Of a stretch of DNA of 64,000 nucleotides, positions 36,401 to 46,144 are shown piece by piece. The DNA comes from Callorhinchus milii (taxonomy: Eukaryota). Location of the stretch: assembly GCF_018977255.1 (NCBI RefSeq), contig NW_024704743.1:11162001-11226000 (forward strand). The letters are read 5' to 3'. Under the pieces are notes generated by a model. The model saw only the letters and a list, made by a program, of their open reading frames with translations. It was not told where the DNA came from and ran no database searches. How positions within the stretch are numbered: position 1 is the stretch's first letter; each line of letters opens with the position of its first letter. Both the position numbers and the translations under genes were made by a program.

Positions 36401-39400
36401 ATTTTGCCAGGTATGTTGTAAGAAAATCAAGTTACAAAAAATTGTGTGCATATTTTTGTTAAATTTCAGACAGTTGCATGCACACATTTCATGGAGCTAA
36501 GTGACTTTAGATGACTGTTAAATTTTATTTGAGACAGTTTTCCCAAAATGAAAGATTATTTCACATCGGTACTTTTACGATTTTTCCCTTTTTATTTTCC
36601 TATTCCTCAGCTCCACCCAACAATGGTTAGAATCACACAATAAAGTTTGGACAAGTTCACAGCCTTGCTGTGCTCCCACAATGTACATTAAATCAGAACA
36701 CATTGAATCCTTTTGATTGTACTTCTGATTCTGCACATCTGAAGCCACATTCTACCATTCCTTAGTGGTATGCCACAGACCTGTCCAACAATCCTTCGCA
36801 AACTAAAATTGCTTCTCCTGACGTGAAAGGCGCTATATAAATTTATACTTTAATTCACTTTTTTTTGTGAGACACTGCTATGTGCAAATTGGCTGCTGTA
36901 TTCTACAAAATACACTTGTCACGATAGTTTTTCCTGTAAAGTTCCTTGAGATTACCTCCTGCCATGAAAGGTATATCAAACGTAAAGATTATTATTAGTT
37001 GCCAGTTCAATTTATCCTTTTCAATTCTTATGTGTGCAAAATATTATTTTGGCCACAGAATTATCAATCCTAATTGTGTTTTTAATGTACTAGGCCAGTA
37101 ATGGTATGCTTGCATATGGTTGACTTTAATGATGTTAACTCTGTTACTTATAGTCTTCATGTTCTTGCACGGTTACTGACGGCAAAATTCCTGCACCGGG
37201 AAATTCGAGAGAAGGGCGGTGCTTATGGAGGGGGTGCTACACTGAACTACAGTGGGGTATTTTCATTCTATTCTTACAGGTGAATTAATAAGAAATACAA
37301 TTATTTCAAAGTGTGTCTTATGATGGATAATAGAATAAAATATATTGTCTCTTTCCCCTTTATAAGCTGTTTAAAAGAAATGTTATTTTCCAAAGTTGCC
37401 TATTGACTTATTTATTTAATAGTTTTTTTTAAAGTGTAAAATTAACGTCACCAATTTCAGGTTAATTGGAAATAATTATTAAAGCTTCTTCTCACACCTT
37501 TCAATTTTCTCCCTTCCTCTTCTGATTGTACAATTTTGAAAAGTTTTTCTGGGAAAAAATCTTAACCTGGGAGCTTGGAATATTAAGGGACCTGTTGGCT
37601 ATTTACAGATTAATTTTATAGTGCATAAAAAGTTTTCATTATCATATTTGACCAAAACCCAAACTATGCTGAAGTAAACATAATCTGTGTATATTACAGG
37701 TGCATTTTACAGTGCAACATAAACACACTGAAACCTTCCAATTAGGGTATGTGTAATCCAGAAAGAAACAAATAGGTTTTTGTTATTAGAGTAGAACTAT
37801 TTTTCAATTATTCAGTCTTGAAAAGTCTGAGATCATGTCTATCCTGCTTTATTATGCATATTGAGCTATTCAATAAGCCTCATCTGACCATACGTTTGTG
37901 TTCAGATTTAGATTCAGATCATCAAAGAATAAATGTTGATGCTTAGTTGGATAGTAAAATAATATGCTCCCTGATGATAAATATACTTATTATGCTTGAA
38001 TATTAAATCTTTTTAAAACAAATCATTTAGGGATCCGAATTCTTTGGAGACATTGGTTGCATTCAAAAAGAGTGTTGATTGGGCTAAAGCTGGAAAGTTC
38101 ACACAAGACGATATAGATGAAGCCAAACTATCAGTATTTTCAAGTGTGGATGTTCCTATAGCCCCATCCGACAAAGGTAAAGATGACTGATGTACCTTGA
38201 ATATAAGTCCGATCAGTTTGTTCTGCTGAACTACTTGTGGCAAGTTGTCCAAAATGTCTGCATTTTCATCCAACCTTATCAATTATTGAGAATGACTGGA
38301 GTTTTACAGGGAATGAGGGGTAGATAGATTTAAGCTAAACATTAATATGATTTCCCTCCCTCTACCCCTCCAACTTGCATCCCGCTATATCCTGAAATAG
38401 ATCTAAGAACCTACCTCTTTGACCATGCTTATGGTCACCTTTTTTTTCCCCAGCTTCTTGTTTATCCAGCAATCTGTCAGAAAAGGTGTTCTTCTACACG
38501 AAAGATGCAAAATAAATGCAAGTTGAAAATGTGATGGTTTCATTTGACTTTTTTGTGCTACTTCAACAGGCTTGAATCGTTTTATGTTTAGCATTTCAGA
38601 TGAAATGAAGCAGATACATCGGGAGCAGCTGTTTGCTGTTACTAGTAATAACTTGATAGAAGTAGCTAACAAGTAAGTATCTTTTTTTGTAATAACAATA
38701 AAACAGGGAATCTGAAACCACGTCAGCCTGTGGTAGATATCAGGCTGAAAAAGCTACAGGTTACTATTGTGTGTTCAATGAATTTGTTTCATTCCTTAAC
38801 TGCCAACAAGTTCCAGTCTCCCTGGGTCAGCCATTAATTTCTTCTTTACTTTAAAGTAAATTATTACATGATGATTTATTGTTGCGGGTATAATAGTGGT
38901 TTTGGGATTTCCACAGCTATTATTACGCGCGGAAATATTTTACATACTTTATATGGTATTCTGTTTATTTCGACCTAATAAGACACAGCAAAAGGCAAGA
39001 TGCTGTTTTGAAGGGCAAGTCATAAATCAGATTGAGAAGTGTCTTAAGCCTTTGCTTTCTTCTTGTATGAATAACTCTGCTGTCTCTTCTCCAGCAGATA
39101 CGTGGGGTGAGGTTGGGGGAGTGGGTTTCAATGCCAGCTTCTATCCACCATGGATACTCAGGCAGTGCTAAACATATCAGTTGCACATTATTATCCCAGT
39201 GCTGCTAGCAAGCTCTCCAGGTTGCCTTTCCCTCCATCCCTTATACCTTATACCTCCCAGCTGCCAAATCCAGGATTAATTTACAAAGTAGCATTTTCCC
39301 TCTCACTGAGCGGATTCAGGTGATGTCTTTTGAACCTGTCACTGCTTTGAAAGTAGCTCTTGTGCGTTGCTGGTGGAACGCAAGGAACATTAAAGCACAG

Positions 39401-40589
39401 ATATAGGTCATTCGGCTCACCAAATCTACATTGATTTTCTATGTCTCGCTCCAATATATGGCTATATTTTATATGTGGAGTCCTGTAGCTCAGTGGTTAA
39501 AACACTTGCCTCACAAGCAAGAGACCTGGGTTTGATTCCCAGCAGGACGAAACGTAAGGCAAGTTTCTTTACACGACTCTGTTTACCTAGCAGTAAGTAG
39601 GAACCTTAGTCAATTGGTGGATCGCTTTTCCGGGGGGATTAATTCAACAGAACAAATAATAATTCCATGACTGTTTGTGGGACACTGTTGTCCGCAAATG
39701 ACTACCGCGTTTTGCCCACAAAATATATAGTCGATTCACTTTACAGTATATTCTGTGAAGCGCTTTGAGACGTCTCGAAGACATAAGACTATATCAATTG
39801 TAAGGATTATTATTTTAGCTCACACACTGAGACATGAATTAAACAATAATATGAGCAAAATATTAAGCCTATAGAATGAATGTACACAACAAAATACATT
39901 TTAAACATTTAAAGTTTTAGTGGTAATTAATGCAGTAAAAAAAAAACCACACACTTCGGGGATTCTTTGTTTTATCTACCAATCATACAACTAGGAATAT
40001 TCCATCAACCAAGGGTTTAATTATCTGTTGCAGTAAGATCCCTGTGAGGGCATTTTTCACGTGTAAGAAAGTTGAAAAGTTTTGGCAGCAATCTCTAAAC
40101 AGGAACCTTTTACAATGCTATTGTAGAGTTCTGTACCGTAGTTGCTAGCGTGCTCGCCTCGCAAGTGAGGACCTGAGTTTGATACCTGGGCAGGGGAAAC
40201 CTTTGGCAAGTCTCCTTACTTCACAAGCCTCAGTTTATCTAGCAGTAAGTAGGAACCCAGTTGTTAGTCAAATGGCGGATTGCTTTCCGGGGATAATAAT
40301 CCCTTCCAAAAAAAATTGGTCACTCAATCCATGACTCTTTATGAGACACTAATGTGTGCCCACAAGATACAGTCAATCCACTTAACAATGTATTTCTTTG
40401 ATACAGGGCTTTATCACGTCGTTGAGACATCTCAAAGCACTTCAAATGCAAGGGTTATTATTGCTAAGTCTGTGGTGTTTATTTTTTTCTCTCAGGTATT
40501 TGACAACTGGACAAAGAACTTGTGGAGTTGCAATTTTAGGACCAGAGAATGAATATATTGCTCGAGATCCATCGTGGGTACAAAGATAA
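287..40589 (+). CDS. PITRM1: Pitrilysin metallopeptidase 1 / presequence protease (M16C), 23 coding exons, 5'-partial
   Basis: Spliced translation is open throughout, from [31 protein letters not shown] via [13 protein letters not shown] and [14 protein letters not shown] to [18 protein letters not shown]. It is colinear with human PITRM1 as I recall it. All introns are GT-AG with matching phases. The HXXEH exons lie upstream of the window. Confidence 0.97.
504..600 (+). CDS. PITRM1: PITRM1 exon (QEGWRLEHE...NEMKGAF)
   Basis: ttttag acceptor, gtaagt donor, 97 nt. Confidence 0.93.
1020..1505 (+). repeat. Unclassified interspersed repeat (~500 bp), copy 1
   Basis: Colinear similarity to 62310-62750, 44780-45065 (minus), 51740-51950 and 21980-22110. 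Confidence 0.75.
1617..1777 (+). CDS. PITRM1: PITRM1 exon (TDNEKLY...HYHPSNAR)
   Basis: tttcag / gtatgg, 161 nt. Confidence 0.95.
1993..3008 (+). mobile_element. Older degenerate L2 LINE
   Basis: Broken RT motifs ([23 protein letters not shown]) and L2 3' tail. Confidence 0.9.
3286..3412 (+). CDS. PITRM1: PITRM1 exon ([10 protein letters not shown]...RWSKP)
   Basis: ttccag / gttagt, 127 nt. Confidence 0.94.
3765..4177 (+). mobile_element. tRNA-derived SINE, long variant
   Basis: tRNA head, TTTGTGGGACATTGCTGTGCGCAA core, (ATT)n tail; internal tandem duplication at about 3860-3930. Confidence 0.9.
4791..4879 (+). CDS. PITRM1: PITRM1 exon ([10 protein letters not shown]...SFLLG)
   Basis: ttgcag / gtaagt, 89 nt. 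Confidence 0.94.
5829..6062 (+). mobile_element. L2 3' fragment
   Basis: [10 protein letters not shown] and degenerate 3' stem-loop. Confidence 0.8.
6933..7290 (+). mobile_element. tRNA-derived SINE, long variant
   Basis: A/B boxes, shared core and tail. Confidence 0.9.
7372..7500 (+). CDS. PITRM1: PITRM1 exon ([10 protein letters not shown]...TDFAPVV)
   Basis: ctgtag / gtaagt, 129 nt. Confidence 0.94.
7850..7963 (+). CDS. PITRM1: PITRM1 exon ([16 protein letters not shown]...)
   Basis: ttccag / gtatgt, 114 nt. Confidence 0.94.
8268..8364 (+). CDS. PITRM1: PITRM1 exon ([16 protein letters not shown]...)
   Basis: gaaag acceptor after a T-tract, gtaagt donor, 97 nt. Confidence 0.92.
9787..10115 (+). 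mobile_element. tRNA(Ala)-derived SINE, young short variant
   Basis: GTGGAGTCCTGTAGCTCAGTGG head, TGC anticodon loop, L2-type stem-loop, (ATT)n tail. Confidence 0.95.
11774..11908 (+). CDS. PITRM1: PITRM1 exon ([12 protein letters not shown]...KQYFK)
   Basis: cctcag / gtaagg, 135 nt. Confidence 0.95.
13085..13384 (-). mobile_element. tRNA-derived SINE, short variant
   Basis: Reverse complement of the same family. Confidence 0.9.
13927..14065 (+). CDS. PITRM1: PITRM1 exon ([13 protein letters not shown]...IVKK)
   Basis: ccacag / gtggga, 139 nt. Confidence 0.93.
14994..15110 (+). CDS. PITRM1: PITRM1 exon (LELMTAQ...[10 protein letters not shown]...)
   Basis: cttcag / gtaaga, 117 nt. Confidence 0.94.
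16230..16362 (+). CDS. PITRM1: PITRM1 exon ([14 protein letters not shown]...)
   Basis: tttcag / gtaact, 133 nt. Confidence 0.95.
17320..18437 (+). mobile_element. L2 LINE, second subfamily, 5'-truncated
   Basis: [19 protein letters not shown]; distinct tail AGCGCTCTGAGACGC...GGCGCTATATAAATCCAAG(TTG)n. Confidence 0.92.
18438..19112 (+). mobile_element. Old degenerate L2 LINE
   Basis: [38 protein letters not shown](TTG) tail. Confidence 0.85.
19458..19578 (+). CDS. PITRM1: PITRM1 exon (MGCGVLDY...IELKTGG...YEQ)
   Basis: tttcag / gtcagt, 121 nt. Confidence 0.95.
20345..20421 (+). CDS. PITRM1: PITRM1 exon ([12 protein letters not shown]...IFN)
   Basis: ttgtag / gtgaga, 77 nt. Confidence 0.94.
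21618..21783 (+). CDS. PITRM1: PITRM1 exon (PRFDDEE...DSGHLYA...ISQ)
   Basis: ttgtag / gtagga, 166 nt. Confidence 0.95.
25496..25769 (-). promoter_or_regulatory. Putative internal Pol II promoter of the L2 element
   Basis: CpG-rich. GC box 25693-25702, perfect CRE TGACGTCA 25673-25680, NRF1-like TGCGCACGCA 25642-25651, YY1-like AATATGGCTGC 25496-25506, TATA-like TATTTAAA 25762-25769. Confidence 0.45.
25761..25847. repeat. Perfect inverted repeat, 40-bp arms, 7-nt loop
   Basis: 25761-25800 is the exact reverse complement of 25808-25847. Confidence 0.98.
25979..26215. mobile_element. Putative old MITE-like non-autonomous DNA element
   Basis: Left end CTGTGGACCCCATTCACTG matches the reverse complement of the right end of the 20.5-20.8 kb copy; shared GGCAACCTGAC/GAAGTTGGTCATTT interior. 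Confidence 0.5.
26725..26825 (+). CDS. PITRM1: PITRM1 exon ([10 protein letters not shown]...DNMR)
   Basis: tgcaag / gtgagt, 101 nt. Confidence 0.94.
27340..27600. repeat. Compound (GA)/(CA) low-complexity tract
   Basis: Mixed AG/AC dinucleotide runs. Confidence 0.85.
27601..28500 (-). mobile_element. Older L2 LINE, 5'-truncated
   Basis: [20 protein letters not shown]2 tail. Confidence 0.88.
28530..30365 (-). mobile_element. tRNA-derived SINE split by L2 (parts 30094-30365 and 28530-28608)
   Basis: Head/body and tail sit on either side of the L2. Confidence 0.88.
28609..30093 (-). mobile_element. 5'-truncated young L2 LINE (RT + 3' end) nested in a SINE
   Basis: Uninterrupted RT ORF nearly identical to 22161-23643; YADD has become YADH; (TTG)n tail. 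Confidence 0.95.
31589..31718 (+). CDS. PITRM1: PITRM1 exon (CAVNATP...NIRE)
   Basis: tgacag / gtacta, 130 nt. Confidence 0.92.
33260..33325 (+). CDS. PITRM1: PITRM1 exon ([22 protein letters not shown]), variable linker
   Basis: ttccag / gtaagt, 66 nt, phase 0-0; matches the position and ending of the human linker exon (..SQVIRKLVM). Confidence 0.85.
33503..34957 (+). mobile_element. tRNA-derived SINE split by L2 (parts 33503-33511 and 34609-34957)
   Basis: GTGGAGTCC | L2 | TGTAGCTCAGTGG. Confidence 0.88.
33507..34610 (+). mobile_element. 5'-truncated young L2 LINE nested in a SINE head
   Basis: VPQGSVLGP...YTDD, one frameshift, (TTG)n tail. Confidence 0.95.
35230..35755 (+). mobile_element. 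Old L2 3' fragment
   Basis: [28 protein letters not shown] tail. Confidence 0.78.
36298..36410 (+). CDS. PITRM1: PITRM1 exon ([13 protein letters not shown]...TVPY...)
   Basis: tttaag / gtatgt, 113 nt. Confidence 0.94.
37154..37279 (+). CDS. PITRM1: PITRM1 exon (LHVLARLL...[12 protein letters not shown]...YSYR)
   Basis: ttatag / gtgaat, 126 nt. Confidence 0.96.
38031..38176 (+). CDS. PITRM1: PITRM1 exon (DPNSLETL...APSDK)
   Basis: atttag / gtaaag, 146 nt. Confidence 0.95.
38570..38672 (+). CDS. PITRM1: PITRM1 exon ([20 protein letters not shown]...)
   Basis: caacag / gtaagt, 103 nt. Confidence 0.95.
39475..39814 (+). mobile_element. tRNA-derived SINE, long variant
   Basis: Same head, core and tail. 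Confidence 0.92.
40123..40462 (+). mobile_element. tRNA-derived SINE, older copy
   Basis: Diverged head, core and tail; ends about 33 nt before the last PITRM1 acceptor. Confidence 0.85.
40496..40589 (+). CDS. PITRM1: PITRM1 terminal coding exon (YLTTGQR...DPSWVQR*)
   Basis: tctcag acceptor, TAA stop at 40587-40589. Confidence 0.95.
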
Positions 40590-41032
40590 CTAAGATAAAT
40601 GAAAAATAAGACTAAGGACAAAAAGATTTATTCTCCGGAGGAACTACAGGACAGCAATCAAAAGAAAATTATTTGTAGTCAATTACCAGAACATTAACAT
40701 TGAAAACCTGAAAGAGACTAGTTTATAATAATATCTTAGTGACTGTTGTCTTAATAGTTGCTCAACTCTACTCATGACCTGAACTGATAAAAGAAAATCG
40801 TTACTAACACTGGTTTCTTGGATTGGAAGAAAACATGTATCAAGCTAGTACTTTAGCTAGTATCAATACATGCTACTTGTGAACTGGTCAAAGCCAATCA
40901 TGTTGAATAGGATAAATCTACAAATATTAAGTGAAAAATTGCTAATTCTGTACCTGATCTTTCAATAATATGAAATGTAGAAAACCCACAAAGGCTTGTT
41001 TCTATTTACTTAGAATCTTACATTAAGGAATT

Positions 41033-41038
41033 AATAAA
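41033..41038 (+). terminator. Candidate PITRM1 polyadenylation signal AATAAA
   Basis: AATAAA about 450 nt after the stop, followed by GT-rich sequence; an alternative AATAAA lies at 41491-41496. Confidence 0.5.
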
Positions 41039-42089
41039 AACAATGTTCTAGGTTATGTTTGCATTGGATGATTGACCAGATTTATATTGTAGAAAAGTTT
41101 CTGTATACTTATTTTTACTGACTATTAAAACATGTGTCACTTGTATGAGTATACAAATTAAATCACATCCCATTCCTGTATGCAGTAACAATTTGTCATA
41201 GTAGTGGCCCCAATGTTGCCACAAAATTTGGAACTTTCCAAGTTTGTACAGAACTCAACTTCTATAGAATATCCAAATTATCAAGAATTTAGACTGTTTT
41301 ATTTTATTTGTGCCTCTATACTATTATAACCTGGAAATGTGCACCTCATTGCACAGCTGTTTTGCACAGTCGCCAATCATGCAAAGCATTGTTTTTTTGA
41401 TGCATATTTAGTTTATAGCAAGGATTTTACTACAATGTTTTAGCCAATGTCAACTAATACTGACAAAGTTATTCTTGGTTGGGATGAACTAATAAAAGTT
41501 AACGTTGGTTCCAAATATTCAATGAGTTGTATAGAATATTTTATTCCATGGTCAGAAGGGAGATGAAGAGAAAGTTTTTACACAGAGTGATTATGGTCTG
41601 GGATGCACTGCCTGAAAGGGAGTGGCAAAGAATTCAATAACAACTTTCAAATGGGAATTAGATAGGTATTTGAAAAGGAAAAACTCGCTGGAGTTGTAAA
41701 CAAATGTCGTCATTGTGCAGTGTATATCGTCTGTACCCCTATTTCATGACTCCCAAGAGGTTACATTTTATGAGGACTTTGTTTTCTATGTAATCTCTTA
41801 TATTCAGTGATGGGCATGTTCTAAGGATGATCGGCCTGGAATATGTTCAACAGGAGATAAAGTATTGCCTTGTAAATGTGATAATTTAAGACATTTAAGC
41901 CAGCCACCCAGGCATTTCATGTTTTTAATTAATTAAAGGATTACGAAGCTTCCCCATGCCTGATTTTAAATCTGTTTTCATTTACACTTCTCATTTACTG
42001 TTTTCACTTCCAGGTATTTTAATTGTCTTCTGGATAACTGGATGGCCTTACCTCACTTAGTCACGTTTAATAAAAATAATATGCACAGC

Positions 42090-43760
42090 AGTGTCTAGGA
42101 AAACAGGAATGTAGAGAACAAAGCAAATAATTGTAGTCTCACAGTAAAAAACTTAATTCACTGTTCTTATATTATGCTGCTCAATCAATTTAGCTAAATA
42201 CAGTAGTTACCAAATTCCTTCTTGAATTTGCTGGCCCAATGTTGCTCCAGTGGTTTGCTGGATCAATTTCCTGAGTCCGTCTCACAGTCAACAATTTCTG
42301 TATAAAGTGATTGCATCTGAAGAACAAACCTTTTGAAGTCTGAGCTTCAGCTCATTGCCTGCTTCATTCCTGGAGTTTTGTGTGCTTCTGTCCAATTTAA
42401 CATTTTCTTCCCTTGGGGTTGGCTAGATCTTCCATTAAGGCTGAGGCTAGGCTGATTCTTGGATCAAGGCACATATAGGTACAGAAAGGAACCAAGGCAG
42501 GTTTGAAAATCTTCAGTATGTTAGAAATTTACAGATAATGTCAACAGTCACTGCAGAGAATCAGAAACCAAGATCAGATTCTGTGCTGTATAATTCTATG
42601 AGAAACACCCTTTTTGATTATGACCTACTGTTGCATCTTATTGGAGCATCCAGATGTTTCTTAAGATGGGTCTCGTGTCTTACCACCTTGTTACTGGTAA
42701 GGCATTCCTGCTGTTGATTATCCTCTTATCAAGATATACTTTCTGGTATCTATCCTAAAACATCACAAATCTGAATCTGTGACTTCTTGTCCTGCCTTGA
42801 AACTATTTTCTAGTTTTCTTTGTTATTCTAGTTATTCCTCAGCGCTCATCCTTCTAACCATTGGAAATCAGCCTTCACTGCTTCAAGAGTCAGACAAATT
42901 CCCTTTATAGAAAGGCAGCAAAACTTGTTAGTACTCCAGGTGCAGCCACATCAAACTACCTTGAATCTGAAGTCAAATGGTCTGGCAATGTATCCCAAAA
43001 TTTTGTATATGCCTTGTTTATTGTGCTATGGGATTCAACTTTCTTGGCAAGTTCAATCCGATCCATAGCGCAACTACAATTTTTCCTTTCCTGTAAGTAA
43101 TATGTTGACTTTTATTTGGCAATCATTAGATCAGGTATCCACATTACTTTGCCTCCTCTGATTGTAGTTCCTCTTTTAGTCTCTCCCCGCCCCCACCCCC
43201 CAGCTTGGTATCATCTGCAGAGTTACGTGGGATCTACAATCAACCATTTATGCTGAAAATCAGAAGGAACAGAAAAGGCCCCAGCACAGGCTATTAAGAC
43301 ACTTGAATATATTCCCTTCCACTACACCACCCCCATTTTAACCCAGCTCCCCTTAGTTTCTTTTTGGTAGCACAGTACCTAGTCCATGTTTTGGATTGAC
43401 TTTCATATTCATCAATAATAGGTGGTACTTTGTCAAGGTCTTTTGGAATTGAGGTTATGTATGTTGTATGCCAATGGCTCCATCGTTCATTTGATGTCAC
43501 ATAAAAATATGAAATTCAGATAACATCTACGTCTTCTGAAGCTGGGCTGGCTGACCTGTATGTTTTACTGTAGGCAAACAACATTTCACTTCTGTTTTAA
43601 TCTTCTGTTAATTTCTGTATTATTGAATACAGGTGAATGGGTCAGTAGTTTCCAGGTAAGGACTTTGTCACATTTCTTAAATATGGGAAGAATATTTGCT
43701 TGCTTCAAAGAACCTCACTAGGGTTCAGAGATCTTCAAATTTCCTCCCTGGTTTCTAAAG
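42090..43760 (-). mobile_element. Highly decayed CR1-like LINE remnant (approximate bounds)
   Basis: Scattered CR1-like segments (e.g. cagcttggtatcatctgca, actttgtcaaggtcttttgga, ttctgtattattgaatacaggtg); no ORF. Confidence 0.5.
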
Positions 43761-43846
43761 GGTATAGGTGATCCATTTCCAATCATTCATTGGTCCATCC
43801 AGAACTGCTACATCACTAATGTCAAGTACCAGGTGCTGTATGTTGG

Positions 43847-44104
43847 GGAAGGAGGGGCCAAGGCAGAGGGAGAGTGTTCCAGAGTTTTGGGGAGTAGTGG
43901 CTGAAAGCGTGGTCACCAATGTTAGAACAGAAGGTCAACTGGACTCTTGATATTTGATTGCTTAGATTGTCACCCTGGAGTCAGTTCAGTTGCAAGGAGA
44001 CCCTGCTTACCACCCCCTCATGCGCTCTGTTCTAACATCCACACTTTCAGCCACTACTCCCCAAAACTCTGGAACACTCTCCCTCTGCGTTGACCCCTCC
44101 TTCC
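43847..44104. repeat. Imperfect ~80-bp inverted repeat of an L2 fragment around an ~94-bp spacer
   Basis: 43847-43931 vs 44026-44104: 3 mismatches and one 6-nt indel. Confidence 0.92.
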
Positions 44105-45605
44105 TCATCTTAAGGTCATGCCTGAAAACTTCCCTCTTCAACCATGCTTATGGTCACCTCCACCCGGCTCGGCATCGTGCTCCACCACTGTCGAGCCCTC
44201 TGGGAAGCTACCCTGCATGAGGAGTGCTATGTAAATACAAGTAACTACTCCCTGTTGCCTGTTCTGGTGATTCAAGTGACTATTGAAAAGAACTCATGGT
44301 CCTAATTCAGCCAGTTCCTGTGTCCCAGACAACATTTTTCCCAAATAACAATTGATCAAGAAACATGACTGACTCATCAGACTTGTTTGTCTTCCGAGCA
44401 CTTGGACTTGGTAAGTACTTGATACATTTTGATGCAAGTAGGCAGCAACAATGTACATTGATATAGTAGTGCCCTTCTCATAAGATAATAACTTGGAGGA
44501 CTTAACAAGGACAGGGTTGGATGCAAAGTGAGGCTGAAGATGGAGGTAACAAAGCGCAATTGAAATTTTATTTTTTTAGATGAGATTTAATGTCTGATAA
44601 GAGAGGGGGGAAAATGCAGTGCTTGATGGAGGCAGTTCCAGTGGTTGAAGATTGATGGTGGTGCAATGGGAGCACAGGAGGTGATTCAAACTACATTTTG
44701 TTGGAGTAATTGAGTACGAGTGTCATGTTGGTTTGACACACTTAGGAGCATCAGAGTGAAATACATTAGAGAGATTGGGGCGTTTTGGACAGCCAAGTGC
44801 CTGATGTGTGGAAACCTGTCATGCTTGAAAGTATCCAAACCAGAATTCCGTCTGCTACCTACCCATGGATATTTCTCTGTTTCTGGAATGGACACTTTCT
44901 CCCTGGAGGGATGTACCTTATTTATCTAATGTCAGAGAATTCTAGGCACAATGTTTGATAACAGCCAAGACTTGGGTATCCTTGTATTGTTTGGCCATTG
45001 GGAGCACTGCTTGTTCAGCTTGTTAGGGTTCGGCTTGCAAGGTTAACAGAATTGAGTAGGAAGAATCCCTGCTTCCAGTGATTGTTCTGTCCCTTCAAAT
45101 CTTGCCAATTAAGCAGGCTGGTTTGTGTGTCATAATATAATAAAAATCCTTGCATTTGGTATAGCGCCTCATCACTTTGGTGAGACATTTCAAAGGTGTA
45201 TCACAGAATATATTGTAAAATGGATTTAGAATATACGGAAAAGTGGACTGTGTACTTGTGGGCAAATTATTAGCCTACCTGAGAGGGTCAACTGGACTCT
45301 TGATATTTGATTGCTAAGATCGTCACCCTGGAGTCAGTTCAGTTCCAAGGAGATCTGTTTACCACCCCCTCCCCCAAATCTCCCTGGAGCAGAGAGAAAG
45401 AAAGTGCTTGGACTTGAGAAATGCAATGTAAGTATTACTACCCAACATAGCAAACGATTTATGAATGATGGAGGGAAGGGATCCCTCACCAAAATTAATA
45501 ACTTTAAGAGAGTACCAGCGGTGTGTCTTGAGACTGGGATAAGAATTGAGTGCAGGTTCAAAGCTACTGTAAATACACTTTCTTTCAGAAACATCCATTA
45601 GCTAT

Positions 45606-45611
45606 TTTATT
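45606..45611 (-). terminator. Candidate PFKP polyadenylation signal AATAAA
   Basis: TTTATT on plus about 385 nt past the stop; a second one lies at 45672-45677. Confidence 0.5.
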
Positions 45612-45993
45612 GAAGGCTCTGCCCCACAGCTGTAAAAGCAAAATAAAACATTTTCACTCCAATACAGCACATTTATTCCACTGCTCACACTAATATAGAT
45701 TTCGCTTCTTCACACAATAAAACTATAAGTGATCCACACAATAAATAGGACTACTCTGAGAAGCTGTGCAATGACAAGCAATAAAATTTGTGCTGTGTTC
45801 TTTTTTCCATGCAAGTACTCTGGTTAAAAACTAAGCAACAGAATGACAAGAAACCAAATGTGTATTCTATTTTGTTTGAGTAGTTGCGTATGAGTGACAC
45901 ATTTAACCAATACGGATTAAACCAGGATTCACTACCCTCAGAGGAATAAGTTGAGACTGAAGCTTACAAGTGATGGTTCTATCTGGTCCACTT

Positions 45994-46144
45994 TTATAAG
46001 GTTTCATTATCAGTATCACGCATACGTTGGGTAACGTGCTCAAGCTTTCCGGCATCGGACACATCGTAACTGATCTTGTATTTGGCCAGAATCTTCATCA
46101 GTGCCCGGAGGTTCACCCACCACTGCTCCTTGGGAATTCGATGT
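45994..46144 (-). CDS. PFKP: PFKP terminal coding exon (HRIPKEQWW...RDTDNETL*)
   Basis: ttttag acceptor on minus, TAA at 45996-45994. Confidence 0.95.
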
